From Paraspadella gotoi (taxonomy: Eukaryota > Animalia > Chaetognatha): a DNA stretch of 29,849 nucleotides. The notes below the pieces were generated by a model. The model was not told where the DNA came from and ran no database searches. It saw only the letters and a program-made list of their open reading frames with translations. Positions 11,904 to 22,771 of the stretch are shown here, piece by piece (the stretch's first letter is position 1; each line of letters opens with the position of its first letter). The position numbers and the translations under genes were made by a program. Where the stretch lies: assembly GCA_051294375.1 (NCBI GenBank), contig JBJCIZ010000322.1, forward strand, positions 1 through 29,849. The letters run 5' to 3'.

Positions 11904-12163
11904 TGTGGCGGTATATTCACACCGCCTCACGTCCACCATCCTTCAGCCAAATCCATTGGCTCAGATGGGGAACACACCATCCCAGGCGTAGTGTTCCATC
12001 CACAAGCCAGTCCTAATGACTTCTCTCTGCGTTGGCAAAGCGAGACCGTCCTAGGGTAACCGCGCCAGTGACAGGATGCGTCAATGAGGGTCGGAAGCCC
12101 CCAAAGCCAACAGTGAGATGACCCATCCCAATGGACATCACAGGCAACCCGGCTGTTGCCATA
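11904..12163 (+). mobile_element. Family B solo-LTR-like element (260 bp) with tRNA-like boxes and twister, inserted into a hammerhead
   Basis: TSD AAGG (11900-11903 / 12164-12167). Termini TGTGGC...GCCATA. A-box-like TGGCTCAGATGG and degenerate B-box GTGTTCCATCC. Confidence 0.85.
12031..12111 (+). ncRNA. Twister ribozyme, type-P5 (family B)
   Basis: GTTGGC(P5) aaa GCGA GA CCG TCCTAGGG(P1) TAA CCGC GCC agTGAC..GTCAat(P3) G AGG GT CGG AAGC CCCC aaa GCCAAC(P5'). L4 CGG pairs with CCG. Confidence 0.78.
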
Positions 12164-12638
12164 AAGGCTTGAATCCTGAGCCAAAACATGTTCGTCTTTT
12201 AAAAATAAATTGTCGCCCATACAGAAACCAGCGCGAAACTTTCATAACGACGCCGATCTGATGACGCTGAATAAGTGAATATCCTCGCCAAAGTCTCATA
12301 TCCGAAGGCGTCAACGCGCGTGGTGAAGCCGATTCGCGATGTCAATGTCAGCACTTTATAATGTTTATTCGCTACACATGTAGGACAGAACGACCGACAA
12401 ACCAAAAAGAAGTTTCAATGTAATCCAATTTTTCGTTTCTAGGAAATATTTAACCACCCTAAAAACAACAAAAGTTTGATAATCACATACAATCATAACG
12501 CTACATTGTAGAAGCATTATTCTTTATGAAAAAAATTAATTAAGTATTCTATATATGAGCAGTGAGACAACATGGTAAAAATCAAGAAAAATGTTATCCC
12601 AAGTTTGATCGAAAAAATTCGAAAAAAAAGGATGAATA

Positions 12639-13837
12639 GGGTATTGCGGGGGAATTCGGAACAATTTCTGGTAATATAACTAGGAAAGTGACCCCGCTAC
12701 AGATTGATGCAGTTTTTTTTTATTCTGCGGCCCCTAGGGGTCGCATTTTTTTCAAAATTGAAAAGTGTTCCCTTTTACACCACTCTGGGGTGGTAAAACG
12801 GAACACTTAATATATTATGTATAATTTTTTATAATATTACAAAAAATAATAACTAAAGCACTATTATTTGGAGCATAGTGCCTCTCATTGATGTTTTATG
12901 TATAAAAAAATTTTAAATCTAACATTCTTAAGTGGGTAAAATAATTTTTAATACTACGTTCTCAATTTTGAAAAATTATTGAATGACAATAGATAACAAA
13001 GTTATATATATTTTTTGATTTATAGTATTTTTGATGAAGTTTTATATTTCTTTTCATTCCTGAATATCGTTCCCATCTTTCTTTTCAATTAATATTGGTT
13101 TTTTCCCCCCATTTTTAATTTCCAATGTTACTTTTTCTTATTCTTTTTATTTATCATTTTAATTTGTCTTATTAAATTGTATTTTATTTTTTATTTCCTT
13201 TTATAAATTTTTATATTTATATTAATTTTATATTAATTTCATTTTAATTTTGTCTCAAACTAATTTTTTAACCATATTTAGGCGTTAAATTCCATTCCAA
13301 ACTTTTGTATATTTTTTATTGCTAAAAATTGATTTTTTACTGTAACATTAATAGTATAATAATTTTTTCGAATAATTATTTAACAAATATTGCCAACTGT
13401 TATCGATACTAGGTAAATTATTATTAACATTATAAAAAGCATACAAGGTAACACAGAATACTTAGTTTACAGGTGTTCCGTTTTACCCCAATTTAATTGT
13501 AGCTATGTAAAAAAGAATTATTTTTTAAAAATAATCTATTCAATAACTACAAAATAGCAGTCTCGTCTATCATATCTTCCATAATCATATTACGTCAAAT
13601 ATGACTGACAGAGGCTGGAAAACGACTACTCAAAGACAAAATTTGACTAGCAGCTTTGAAATTGCTGCTGCAGTTGATGCAGCAGCAGCGGAATGCTGTA
13701 AAGTTTAATAATGGAAAGTCAAGTTGGTGAAATATTTAATGCACCAAAAAAAATTTTAAAATATCTTTAAACAATTTATTTCATTTTAGATGTCAGTATT
13801 CCGAATTACCCCTGTTCCGAATTACCCCGCACTACCC
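12639..13837. mobile_element. Non-autonomous TA-targeting DNA transposon (pogo/Tc1-mariner-like)
   Basis: About 25-bp TIR GGGTAKTGCGGGGKAATTCGGAACA / TGTTCCGAATTACCCCGCACTACCC, with TA on both sides. Internal related motifs at about 12765-12806, 13473-13490 and 13797-13812. Confidence 0.8.
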
Positions 13838-14013
13838 TATAATTTAAGACAATGTAAACTAAAATAAACAGAATCACCACACGTACGAGATACTCCGAGG
13901 ACAGAAAAAAAGGAACATGGAACAAAGAAATTAAATAAAGAATTATTAAAGCTACCTTAACCTCTCATATTACAAATTCAATCGCAGATTAATTAAGCCT
14001 TCTTATGTGGCAT

Positions 14014-14159
14014 AATTTTACTTTCGCCGCCGGGGTTAGGGAGCGGGTTAAGGGTGGTTTAGGGTTAATTATTTAAAAGTAATAATTTTATTTAATTTAA
14101 AAAAAAAAAAAAATATTTTAAAGTAGTTTTTCAAAACACAGGTTGGCGAAAGTAAAATT
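14014..14159. mobile_element. Second copy of the TTAGGG-like short TIR element
   Basis: AATTTTACTTTCGCC ... GGCGAAAGTAAAATT; same internal G-rich tract. Confidence 0.65.
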
Positions 14160-14169
14160 TGACTTCTTA

Positions 14170-14622
14170 TGTTTATAATAACGCTCAAAATTACTACTCT
14201 GCATGATAATGACGGATGAGAGTAATCCCAATGGACAAAATAAATATGCTGTAGTGACTTAATATCACTACCCATTAGATACGACCGTTCCTTGAACAGC
14301 GCCATTTTAACCATAATAGCGCACTGGGCTAACGCTCCATCTCCGAACTCAACGAGTCTTGGGGTCTAGCCTGGTCGGAACGGTCGTTGCAAAAGAGTGA
14401 CGGGCTGGTTAAAACCACCTGTTACAAGCCTACCGCCAGATCCAAAGTTTTGGAAAGCAAGTCGAACTGACGGTAAAATCTCCCAGAACTACTGGGCACA
14501 CTAAGTGTGGGGGCTATTCACAACCTCAGAGGCACGGCGACCCTTTCTTCTCTCGGTCATTTCAATACAAATTTTATATTTGGGAAAATATTTTTCCTTA
14601 CAAAAATACTATGAAAGTAACA
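14170..14622 (+). mobile_element. LTR-like element with degenerate tRNA-like module and decayed twister (14387-14460)
   Basis: TGTT...AACA ends; TTATGT repeated at both boundaries, so the TSD is ambiguous. TAGCGCACTGG / GGGTCTAGCC boxes. Core: TTGC..GA CGG GCTGGT TAA..G CCAG AT CCA AAGT TTTGG aaa GCAA. Confidence 0.6.
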
Positions 14623-14696
14623 TTATGTAATAATAGAAACTGTCAGAACTTATTAAGAAGTTTTAATCACAAAAAAATAACTGCTCTTGCACAATG

Positions 14697-16256
14697 CAGA
14701 AGGCTTCATATTAGAAAATGATACGCCGTTTGGGAATGCAAATAGAACTATCAATATCAATTCAATATTTGACCCCTGAACAGAGATATGGGGTGAAAAT
14801 ATTTCAATTTTGAATAGTTGCATAGACGTTTATCCTAAAAAACGTATTTATTACTACCAACAAACTAACCTTAATTTTTAAGTTCATGAACATCAGCGGT
14901 TCATGACAGTTTTGAAATTAGAGAAAATTTGAAGTAAAATGATAAACCATGCTTCTTCAAACTGTCAATTTAACAAAAATACATAAATTTTATAGGTAAA
15001 ATGTTTGTTTACGTAGTTAACACATTACAACTTGTGCCGCAAATAAATTCATAAAAATTCTTTTAGGAAAATTTTGATTTTTTCGCCCCCTAGGGGTACA
15101 ACCCCTAGCCCCTGTATTTCCACTCAGGCGTTTAATCTTAAAATACCCTCGTTAGTTAGAAAAATAGTTAAAATTTAAAACAGGAAGACGAGCTTTTCAG
15201 CTCTCAGAAAAGGAAAAAAAACTTCGAGAAAGGCTAGAGTCCCATCGTGAAAAGTAAAAAAGGGCCTACTCTTTCAGCCTGTTAAATTTTAGAGAAAAAT
15301 CCCAAAAATGAGCCAAGACTGGCTCGCGCTCTAGACGAAGTCATTATATGAACAAAAAAATAATATATATAAAAATTAAACGATTTCATTTAAATCAAAA
15401 CCCGTTTAAAAAACGCTGTTTATTCAAAAAATTTAAAATTTACTTTCAACGGTCACAAGCGTTTCTATGAAAGACGTTTAAAAAAAATTATTTTACGGTA
15501 ACCGGGACGGTGCCAAAAAATTGTCCGGCCGTAGAGACGGTCGCGGACAGAAAAAACGAAAAATGCTCGGCCGTAGCACGGACGCGAGCTCAAGAAATAA
15601 AAAACGAAAAACTTAGTCTGGCCGTAGTACGCAGACTCACGACAAAAACGAAAAAAAAAAGTGTCTGGCCGTATACACGGACTCAAGACGCACGTGTCCA
15701 CAGATAACTACAGAAAAACGTTCACTGAGACACCGTCAGATGAAATTTCCAATGGAAACCACTGACCTTACTGGTGAATCAGAGCCGGACCCATTGAGTT
15801 CGTAAACTAAATTAAATGTGGCACTGGCATGAAAAATCAAAAAACAGAAAAACAAACGTATATACAAATTATCATAGGCACATTTAATAATTGTTTCGGA
15901 TGCCATTTCTGACACAATGCGCGTAATATTACCCACTTATCGTGCCTCATAAGTGTAACCATAGAAAAACAGGTAAGTAAATTACGAAACATTAACCACC
16001 CATATTTAAACAGCTCAGTGGTTTTAACAGAGGGAGAGCTAGCGACCATCCTCAAACCTCTAACAATGATTCTATGTGCCATAATAAGATCTTAGCCCCG
16101 TTTCCAATTAAGCGGGGATAGGGCTGTATCCTAACCCGTCCCGGCAACTATTGAGCTGAAAATGAAAATGTTAAAAAACAATGCTCAAAACTAATCAGAA
16201 GTTTTCCCCGCCGGGACGAAAAAACGGCGTATCATTTTCTAATATGAAGCCTTCTG
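14697..16256. mobile_element. Non-autonomous DNA transposon with perfect 35-bp TIR
   Basis: CAGAAGGCTTCATATTAGAAAATGATACGCCGTTT and its exact reverse complement; flanks TG / TA. No long ORF inside. Confidence 0.8.
15505..15700. repeat. Minisatellite, about 42-52 bp unit, inside the 14697-16256 element
   Basis: Four GGCCGTA..CGGAC..AAAAACGAAAAA units. Confidence 0.8.
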
Positions 16257-16875
16257 TATTCTTCACAAAGGTCGACTCCGCGAGAGTTCAATTGAAGGAA
16301 GTGGAACGGTGGTTGGATTCACTCCTAAATTTAAATACAAATTAACATCTTAGAACATTGTGTTTTATAGATGATCTCTCTATTTCGCGAAGATAAAACT
16401 GTCTCCATCCAAAAAATATTTAAATGATATTAGATTTAAATAATTTAACATAAAAAAAATCATTGAAAATAAATAACATCATAAATGTTAAAAATGTTAA
16501 AATTTAAAATAGTGAAAATAGTAATTTTGAATTTTTTATAGACAAAAGCACTTGTCACAAGTTACCATTTATCATTAAAGCAAAATATATAGTTTTAATC
16601 CAAGGTTTTTTTCTGCATTACCTCTTGTAGCAGTGGTTTGCGATGTGCCCAGGTTTCCCGCAGGTGTAACAGCGTCTCTTTTTCGATTGACTAAAAGTGA
16701 AATACAGAAAATCTTAAGTTTTTAAGGAATCGATTAAATGTTTTGCTTGCATCAGACGAAATAACATTTTATTCTTTTTAAAGCAAATGATAAAAAAGCG
16801 AGATTCTAATGATCAGACGAAATATTTCATATTTTTATTTGCGCCGCGAGTACTCGCATAGTAACTCTATAAGTC

Positions 16876-16956
16876 ACGCGCGAAGCGTGAGGACGGCCGT
16901 AAATCTCCTTAGGGGCCTGGAAAACCCCCAAGCCTGGTTCCAAGCCCAGGACACGT
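16876..16956 (+). ncRNA. Twister-like motif (family C), partly decayed
   Basis: GA GGA CGGCCG(palindromic P1) TAA atctcc, GGGG/CCCC P3, G CCTG GT TCC AAGC C CAGG. L4 TCC pairs with GGA; P2 and the GCC linker are damaged. Confidence 0.65.
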
Positions 16957-17244
16957 TCCATGGCTGCCAAGGGGGCATAGAAGTTACGGACACTTGGACA
17001 GTAGACTTCACTCTTCAGCCCACTATCCTCAAATAGAAAGAAATAAAACTGTTTAAAAAATTATTTTATTGAATTAGTCTAAAATTTGAAAAACCTAAGC
17101 TGAAAATTAAATTTTTATATATTAAATAGATTTTTTTACTTTTTACCCTCCTTAAAGAATTTGTTTTATCAACTTTGGACGAGGAATTCAAATCTGCCAT
17201 CAAAATTAAAAAAAGCCTATTTGGAAACATTAATATTTAATAAG

Positions 17245-17310
17245 GATGAAGACTCAAAATTACTAGAGTCGAAACATGTCCGTTACTGATATCAAATAAA
17301 TTGTTGTAAA
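17245..17310 (+). ncRNA. Truncated hammerhead remnant
   Basis: GATGA A GACTC-aaaattacta-GAGTC GAAACATGTC..AATAAA; the leading CT of the core is absent. Confidence 0.6.
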
Positions 17311-17845
17311 ATTTAATAAAAATTTTCGTTTTTTGCTAAATAATTTTTATCTAAAAATTAATTTTTACTGGTGGTAAGTTGTTCATAATTGACCTTTAGA
17401 ATTTTCATAACTACGCTCTCATAATACTCATTCAATCTTAAGCATTTGCGTGCTAGAATTTCATTTTCACTCACCAAAATACTAGTTTCATCACCCCGAA
17501 AATTCCGCGTGAGCTGGAAAAAAAAATTACGTTTAGAGTTCATATTTTATCACGAGTCGAAAGTATTTGTTGAATATAATAAAACAAACATCACAAAATT
17601 AATCTTGCTACCATATAATTGTGGCGACGAATGTTTCGTCACCACGGGGTCAACCCCAGTTGGCCACTATGTTTAGCCATTGCGAGAGAAGCAGGTTACT
17701 GACTCTCTCTACTTGATCAGTGCCTCGCTCTTTCTGTTTAGTCTCATCTCAAAATCATGTACTTTGAACGTCTCTCTGTTCCTGTTATTTAACATGCTAA
17801 TAAAACATGTATTATGGTGGACTAAAATCCACCAACCGTTCATCA

Positions 17846-17917
17846 GCGGCCATTGGTGTCGGAGGCAAGTCATTCACCTCCCAACCCAAAGGTCCGGGGT
17901 TCTAGCCCGGTGGTCGC
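17846..17917 (+). ncRNA. tRNA-derived (Gly-CCC-like) Pol III promoter module, not a functional tRNA
   Basis: 72 nt with acceptor stem GCGGCCA/TGGTCGC, A-box-like TGGTGTCGGAGG, loop CTCCCAA and B-box GGTTCTAGCC. The anticodon stem is poorly paired. Confidence 0.7.
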
Positions 17918-17919
17918 CT

Positions 17920-17995
17920 GGCAGTTAAGAGGGACGGGGCGCTTAACCCGCCTGTAACTCGGTGTTACAGCCTGATCCGAAGCTCAGGGACCGCT
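17920..17995 (+). ncRNA. Twister ribozyme, type-P5 (family A); predicted cleavage between 17944 and 17945
   Basis: Same core as 5958-6033, with one A-C mismatch in P5. Confidence 0.75.
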
Positions 17996-18334
17996 TATAT
18001 TGAACGGTTCTGTCATTAACATATATCAATAATCACTGTCTCTTCAGTATTATGTGCCTCTAAATATCATTTAATTTTTTTAAGTAACTGCTCAGTTTGA
18101 TTTTTATTAATGTAGTATGTATGATTGTATAAAAGATTGCTGATTGTTTTAAAGTTTTCCTAAAAAAAGTGTTTGCTTACATAACAAATTCATTTTCTTC
18201 CTGGCCGCCTTTTCCTCCGTCCTCACTTCTCCGTCCTTTCGGTTGACTTTTGGTCCACTCACTTTTCTTGACAAATTTTTTTTGGCCGCTGTTATAAAGA
18301 AAAATAAAAATATACGGGTAAATTATATTGAGTA

Positions 18335-18670
18335 CCGAGGGGGCTTCATATTAGAAAATGCGCTCTCAATTTTTTAAGTCCAGAATCGGTTCCGACCAAA
18401 CAACTGAACCGATTTTGATTATTATTTGTATACAAAATCCTTTTAGCAATACAAATAGAACTGCTGTTCAAGAGGCAATGATGTCTTTATTATGGGTAAA
18501 AGGGCATTTTTGAAACAATTTTGATAAATTTTAGTCAATTTTATAGTATTCGAACTTGCATGTTTCGTCATTTTATTTCGAGTTTTATTTTGAAATATTT
18601 GTAAACCTTCCTTGGAACAGATTCTGGGCTCGAAAAATCAAAAGCTCATTTTATAATATGAAGCTCTCTG
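18335..18670. mobile_element. MITE related to 14697-16256
   Basis: TIR core GCTTCATATTAGAAAATG / CATTTTATAATATGAAGC; TA at both ends; shares the internal motif CAAATAGAACT. Confidence 0.7.
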
Positions 18671-18717
18671 TAGACAAACGATATATCATTGCAAGGAATT
18701 GTAAGTATTGAAAATGC

Positions 18718-19557
18718 AAATGCAAATGTGCGAAGATTTTTTTAATCTGAAAATTTTTTTTGTAGTAAAACCCAAATTATTTAATATTTATATATCCAAA
18801 TTTTATATTGATTGGTTATGATTTGACTTGGCAATGAGCGGAGAAAAGTTGCCTTAAAAATCGTCTTTCATTTTAAAACTCAAACTTTTTTTTTCAATCT
18901 TTTTGTTTTAACTTTTGAATATTTTTTAAAGAACTTTTAGATAAAAAGTTATCATTGTTAATTCTTTTGAAAGCTTTTGGAAATTTGAAGAGAATAGATA
19001 TATATAACATAAAAATCAAGCCTAACCAGCTTTAATTTAATCAAGGTAATCAAAATTAAAATCCTATAAATAAATTATTTCAAAACAAATAACCTATTGA
19101 AACTATAATGATTTAACCAACTATTGTTTATATAAGTATCATAAAAATATTTAAAAAAAAATAAAATGGCTAATATAATTTAATAATTATTCAAACATGC
19201 TCTTTAGCAATCTTTAATTTTATCTTTAATTTTATCTTAATTTTGATTACCTTTGATTTAAATCTGTATTGACTAATTTTTATATTACAATATTTTTAAT
19301 TATGCCAATCTCTGCATATTTTTAAGAGCTTTCAGAAGATATTAATATTGATACTTTTTATCTAAAAAGTATTTTTAAAAATGTTCAGAAAGTTAGAAAA
19401 AAGATTGAAAAAAAAGATTAGTTTTAAAATGAAAGACAATTTTTAAGATATTTTCTTTGCTCATAGCCAAGTCAAAGCATAAGCAATCAATATGAAATTT
19501 GGATATATAAATGGTTTAGTCTTTACTTCAGATTAAAAAATATTGCACGTTTGCAAA
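18718..19557. repeat. Foldback-like long inverted repeat (about 330-bp diverged arms, AT-rich spacer)
   Basis: For example TTTGACTTGGCAATGAGC (about 18822) vs GCTCATAGCCAAGTCAAA (about 19459), and TTTTAGATAAAAAGT vs ACTTTTTATCTAAAA. Confidence 0.8.
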
Positions 19558-19734
19558 TGACGATTTTTTTTTAGCGGCGGGCTGTCGTGTGTCACCTTGT
19601 AAGTACCTTTTAAATTCGTTTTGAAAAATGTTCGTGATGATACAATCGCCTGTCCCATTTCTTTGCATTCCTGGATGTTTGGGGATTTGGAGCCATATTG
19701 GGAGGAAGAGAATAAAGATTTGGAGGAAATAATT

Positions 19735-20080
19735 GGGAAGGGGGAGGTAGATGAGGAGGAGGGAGATGAAAAGTGGGAGGGAGATGAGGAGGGAGATTAG
19801 GAGGAGGGAGATGAGAAGGGGGAGGGAGATGAGAAGGGGGAGGGAGATGAGAAGGGGGAGGGAGATGAGAAGAGGGAGGAGGATGAGAAGGGGGGGGGAT
19901 GAGAAGGGGGGGTGGAGGTGGAGGATGAGAAGGGGGAGGGGGATGAGAAGGGGGAGGAGGGAGGGGAAGAGGGAGGGGGATGAGAGAGAGAGGAGAGGGA
20001 GAGAGGGGAGGGAGATGAGAAGGGGGAGGGAGATGAGAAGGGGAGGTTGATGAGAAGGGGAGGGAGATAAGAAGGGGGTG
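19735..20080. repeat. Polypurine 18-bp minisatellite (ATGAGAAGGGGGAGGGAG)
   Basis: Direct tandem copies; translates as PPPSHL repeats on the - strand. Confidence 0.9.
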
Positions 20081-20946
20081 GTGGAAAAGATCGAGGAGTA
20101 ATGACAGGAATTGGAGAGCCAAAGGCGGGAGGCGGCGGGATTATGATTTGGGGCGGCGAAGTAAGGCCGGGAGGGGGAGGCAAGTCCGTCTCCATCGTTT
20201 CGTTTCTGTAAAATTATTTATGTTTGAGATAAGTAATGCGTGAAAAATATCAAATATATTAAATGCCGGATCTTCATTACCACTGACGATTCCATGAAAA
20301 TCTCAAATCAATCAACTGATCTGCTAATGAGTAATAGACGTTGAAAGCTGAAGGGGCTAGTTTTTTTTTGATAAATTTTATGTTCTGAGATGATTTAAGT
20401 GGCGGTTGACCGACGGACCGACGAAGTGAATCATAACCCTGTGTCTATGTTAAAGATACTTAATAATATCTTATTATTTGTTAGGAATATTGGATCAGAA
20501 TAAATCTTGGTTTGAAAACAATTTTTACCGTTTCATTTAATAAAAATAATTAGATCGTCTATAATTACAATAAAATCATATTTGAAAAAACCGACAGTTG
20601 CTATTTGCCATTTCATCAATGATTATTAGCGTTTTATTAAATTATTATCAGATTGGTTTGAATTTTTAATATTCGAATATAATTCAAAATAATTTAACCT
20701 GGATGCCGCATCCTCCACTTCCTGGGCCCAATCGGAAACGGTTGGGACCCAGCCATCCCCGAAAGATTCAGCTTTAGAAAATAAAGGTATTATTTGTTAA
20801 ATATAATGCACAAAAATGATAATGTTGTAAGAAAATAAAAATGGAAAAAAACAACAAAGTGATGTAATCAATTCGAAGTATAAAAATATAACTTACAATT
20901 TGAACTACTGGTGTAACTCATGTCTGAAAAAGTTTGAAAATAGGAC

Positions 20947-21069
20947 GTTTTTCTACAACGACTTTATTTGTAATAAAACGTACATGTTTCGGCTTGCATA
21001 CAAGAAGAAGGCTTGTATGCAAACCGAAACATGTACGTTTTAATACAAATAAAGTCATTGTAGAAAAAC
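20947..21069. mobile_element. Inverted repeat of 5'-truncated hammerhead/pLTR fragments
   Basis: About 58-bp arms around AAGAAGG. The right arm reads (aa)GAAGA AGGCTTG-tatg-CAAACC GAAACATGTA..AATAAA. Confidence 0.7.
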
Positions 21070-21869
21070 ATTAAAAACGTCTTCCAAGACTTTTGAATGA
21101 TAAAGAAATTAAAAATAATAACAGTATAGTGATCTAAAAAAATCTTAAAATCACAATGATTCATTGCTCAATATTTATAAAAAAAAAAGATAGTAAAATC
21201 TGACGAGATAAAAATAATGGCAATGTGCTCTTTACTAAAACCTGCTGCACTATATTGTTCCCTTAGCCCCCCCAGCAAGCCTACCTTTGTGCCCGTCTCG
21301 CCACTGAGAAAACGAGTCCCGTAACGTCGTCCTTGAGCGGATGACTTCGGTAAACAGATTCCTCTCCGGAGACGAGATTCAGTGGGTCCGGAGAAGAGCG
21401 GGAGTTTCGCAGTGCGGCGTCGTTGTGGTCGGAGGCGGCGACTTGACTAAGAGACATTCGTCGTTAGAGCAAATTCTAAATTTAAACGGACAGTCAATAA
21501 ATACTACTACTAATTAATAAAAGTAATAATCACAATTAAAAACAAACAATCACGAAATCAAATACGTAAGAAATACGGGAGACGATGGAGACGTATAAAC
21601 AATTATGATTCCAAAGAACCAAGAAGCAAAAAGAAATAAAACTAAAACAAAATGAGGTACAAATCATAAGTAAGGCATATATTAAAAGTAAACGTAAAAG
21701 TAAGAAAACCAAATATAAAAAGTCAAATACGAATCCATCAATCGCAGATGAACGGAGGCAGACGATCCCGAAAGTACCATGATGGAAAAAAAATTGTCAA
21801 ATATATTTTTTAGCCAATAAATAAATTTAATAATCACTTTTAAATCAATTGTAACCATTTGTAAGGAGT

Positions 21870-21916
21870 TTTATTAAAAAATATATTTCGGTTTAAATGT
21901 AAGCTTTCATCAGTAT
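21870..21916 (-). ncRNA. Degenerate hammerhead remnant (re-copied near 26036-26052 and 27640-27683)
   Basis: - strand: CTGATGA A agctta-catt-taaacc GAA ATATAT..AATAAA; stem II is mismatched. Confidence 0.45.
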
Positions 21917-22771
21917 AAAAATAAATTATTTAATAAAACAATTATTTTTACAAATTTTAAAAGAAAAAAATTGTAAAAGTATTTATTTTATAAATGCATT
22001 TGTTTTTGCGCTGATAAAAATTAGTATTTTTAAATAAAACTAATTGTATATAAACAAACAATTTATTTTTTATCTCAAAATAAAAATAATAATTAATATT
22101 AATTAAAAATTATTATTTTTAAATATAAAATTATAAAATTTATATTACTACGCAAAAAAATGTATATTATTATACAAACTGAAATAACGCTAAAACTAAT
22201 AAAAAGAAAATAAAATTAAATAGATTAAGAACCTACCGACTGGTAGTACGCTTAGTTACGGTCGTTAAATAAAAATTAAATTAAAATTACATAATTATTT
22301 AATATATAAAAATATTTTTAAAAAAAGTTACCTTCAACTGTTTTTACTTTTTTTGATCAAAAGGATTACTTACATTATTATTAATATTATATTTTAATCA
22401 GATTTTTTTGACAGTTTTAATAATACATCCAAAAATAAATAAATAATAATTTTATTTACAAAAAATTTACCTGAAGGTTTATAAATTTTATTGATACTTA
22501 ATAATTAAAAAAGATTCTGAAGCAACTACAAAATTAATATAATTTTAATACTATTTTTTTAAATATGAATTTAAATTCATCCTTAAATTTATCTTAATAA
22601 AAATGATACAATAACCATTTGACATAAAACTGAGAAAAAGCAAAGATTTTTAATAATAATAGTTTAATTCAAAAAATAATAAAAAATAATTAGAAATTAA
22701 TATAAATAAAAATTATAAATATTAAAAAAATAAAAACATTTTTAAAATAACTATTTTTTTTTGCATAGAAC

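Larger units (their letters stand above)
11833..12216. mobile_element. Inverted pair of Penelope-like pLTR fragments, each with a hammerhead; right arm split by 11904-12163
   Basis: The left arm on the - strand reads CTGATGAAGGCTCgaatcctGAGCCGAAACATGTT..AATAAA. The right arm is its inverse once the insert and one TSD are removed. Symmetry centre CATCAGCGCTGATG. Confidence 0.8.
17813..18046 (+). mobile_element. Family A solo-LTR-like element, copy 3 (234 bp)
   Basis: TSD GTAT (17809-17812 / 18047-18050). Termini TATGGTGG...CTCTTCA; 5' hairpin GGTGGA-ctaaaa-TCCACC. Confidence 0.9.

Noticed and set aside
17970-17990. 5S rRNA-like CTGATCCGAAGCTCAGGG
   Set aside because: The similarity is short and gapped, and is better explained as twister P4/L4.
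17813-18046. Ordinary tRNA-derived SINE or real tRNA-Gly gene
   Set aside because: There are 33 conserved nt upstream of the tRNA part, no A-rich or simple-repeat tail, a constant 4-bp TSD and an unpaired anticodon stem.
17620-18095. Solo LTR hosting family A copy 3 (TGTGGCGAC start, AATAAA)
   Set aside because: No matching TSD or convincing 3' terminus, and no ribozyme core seen.
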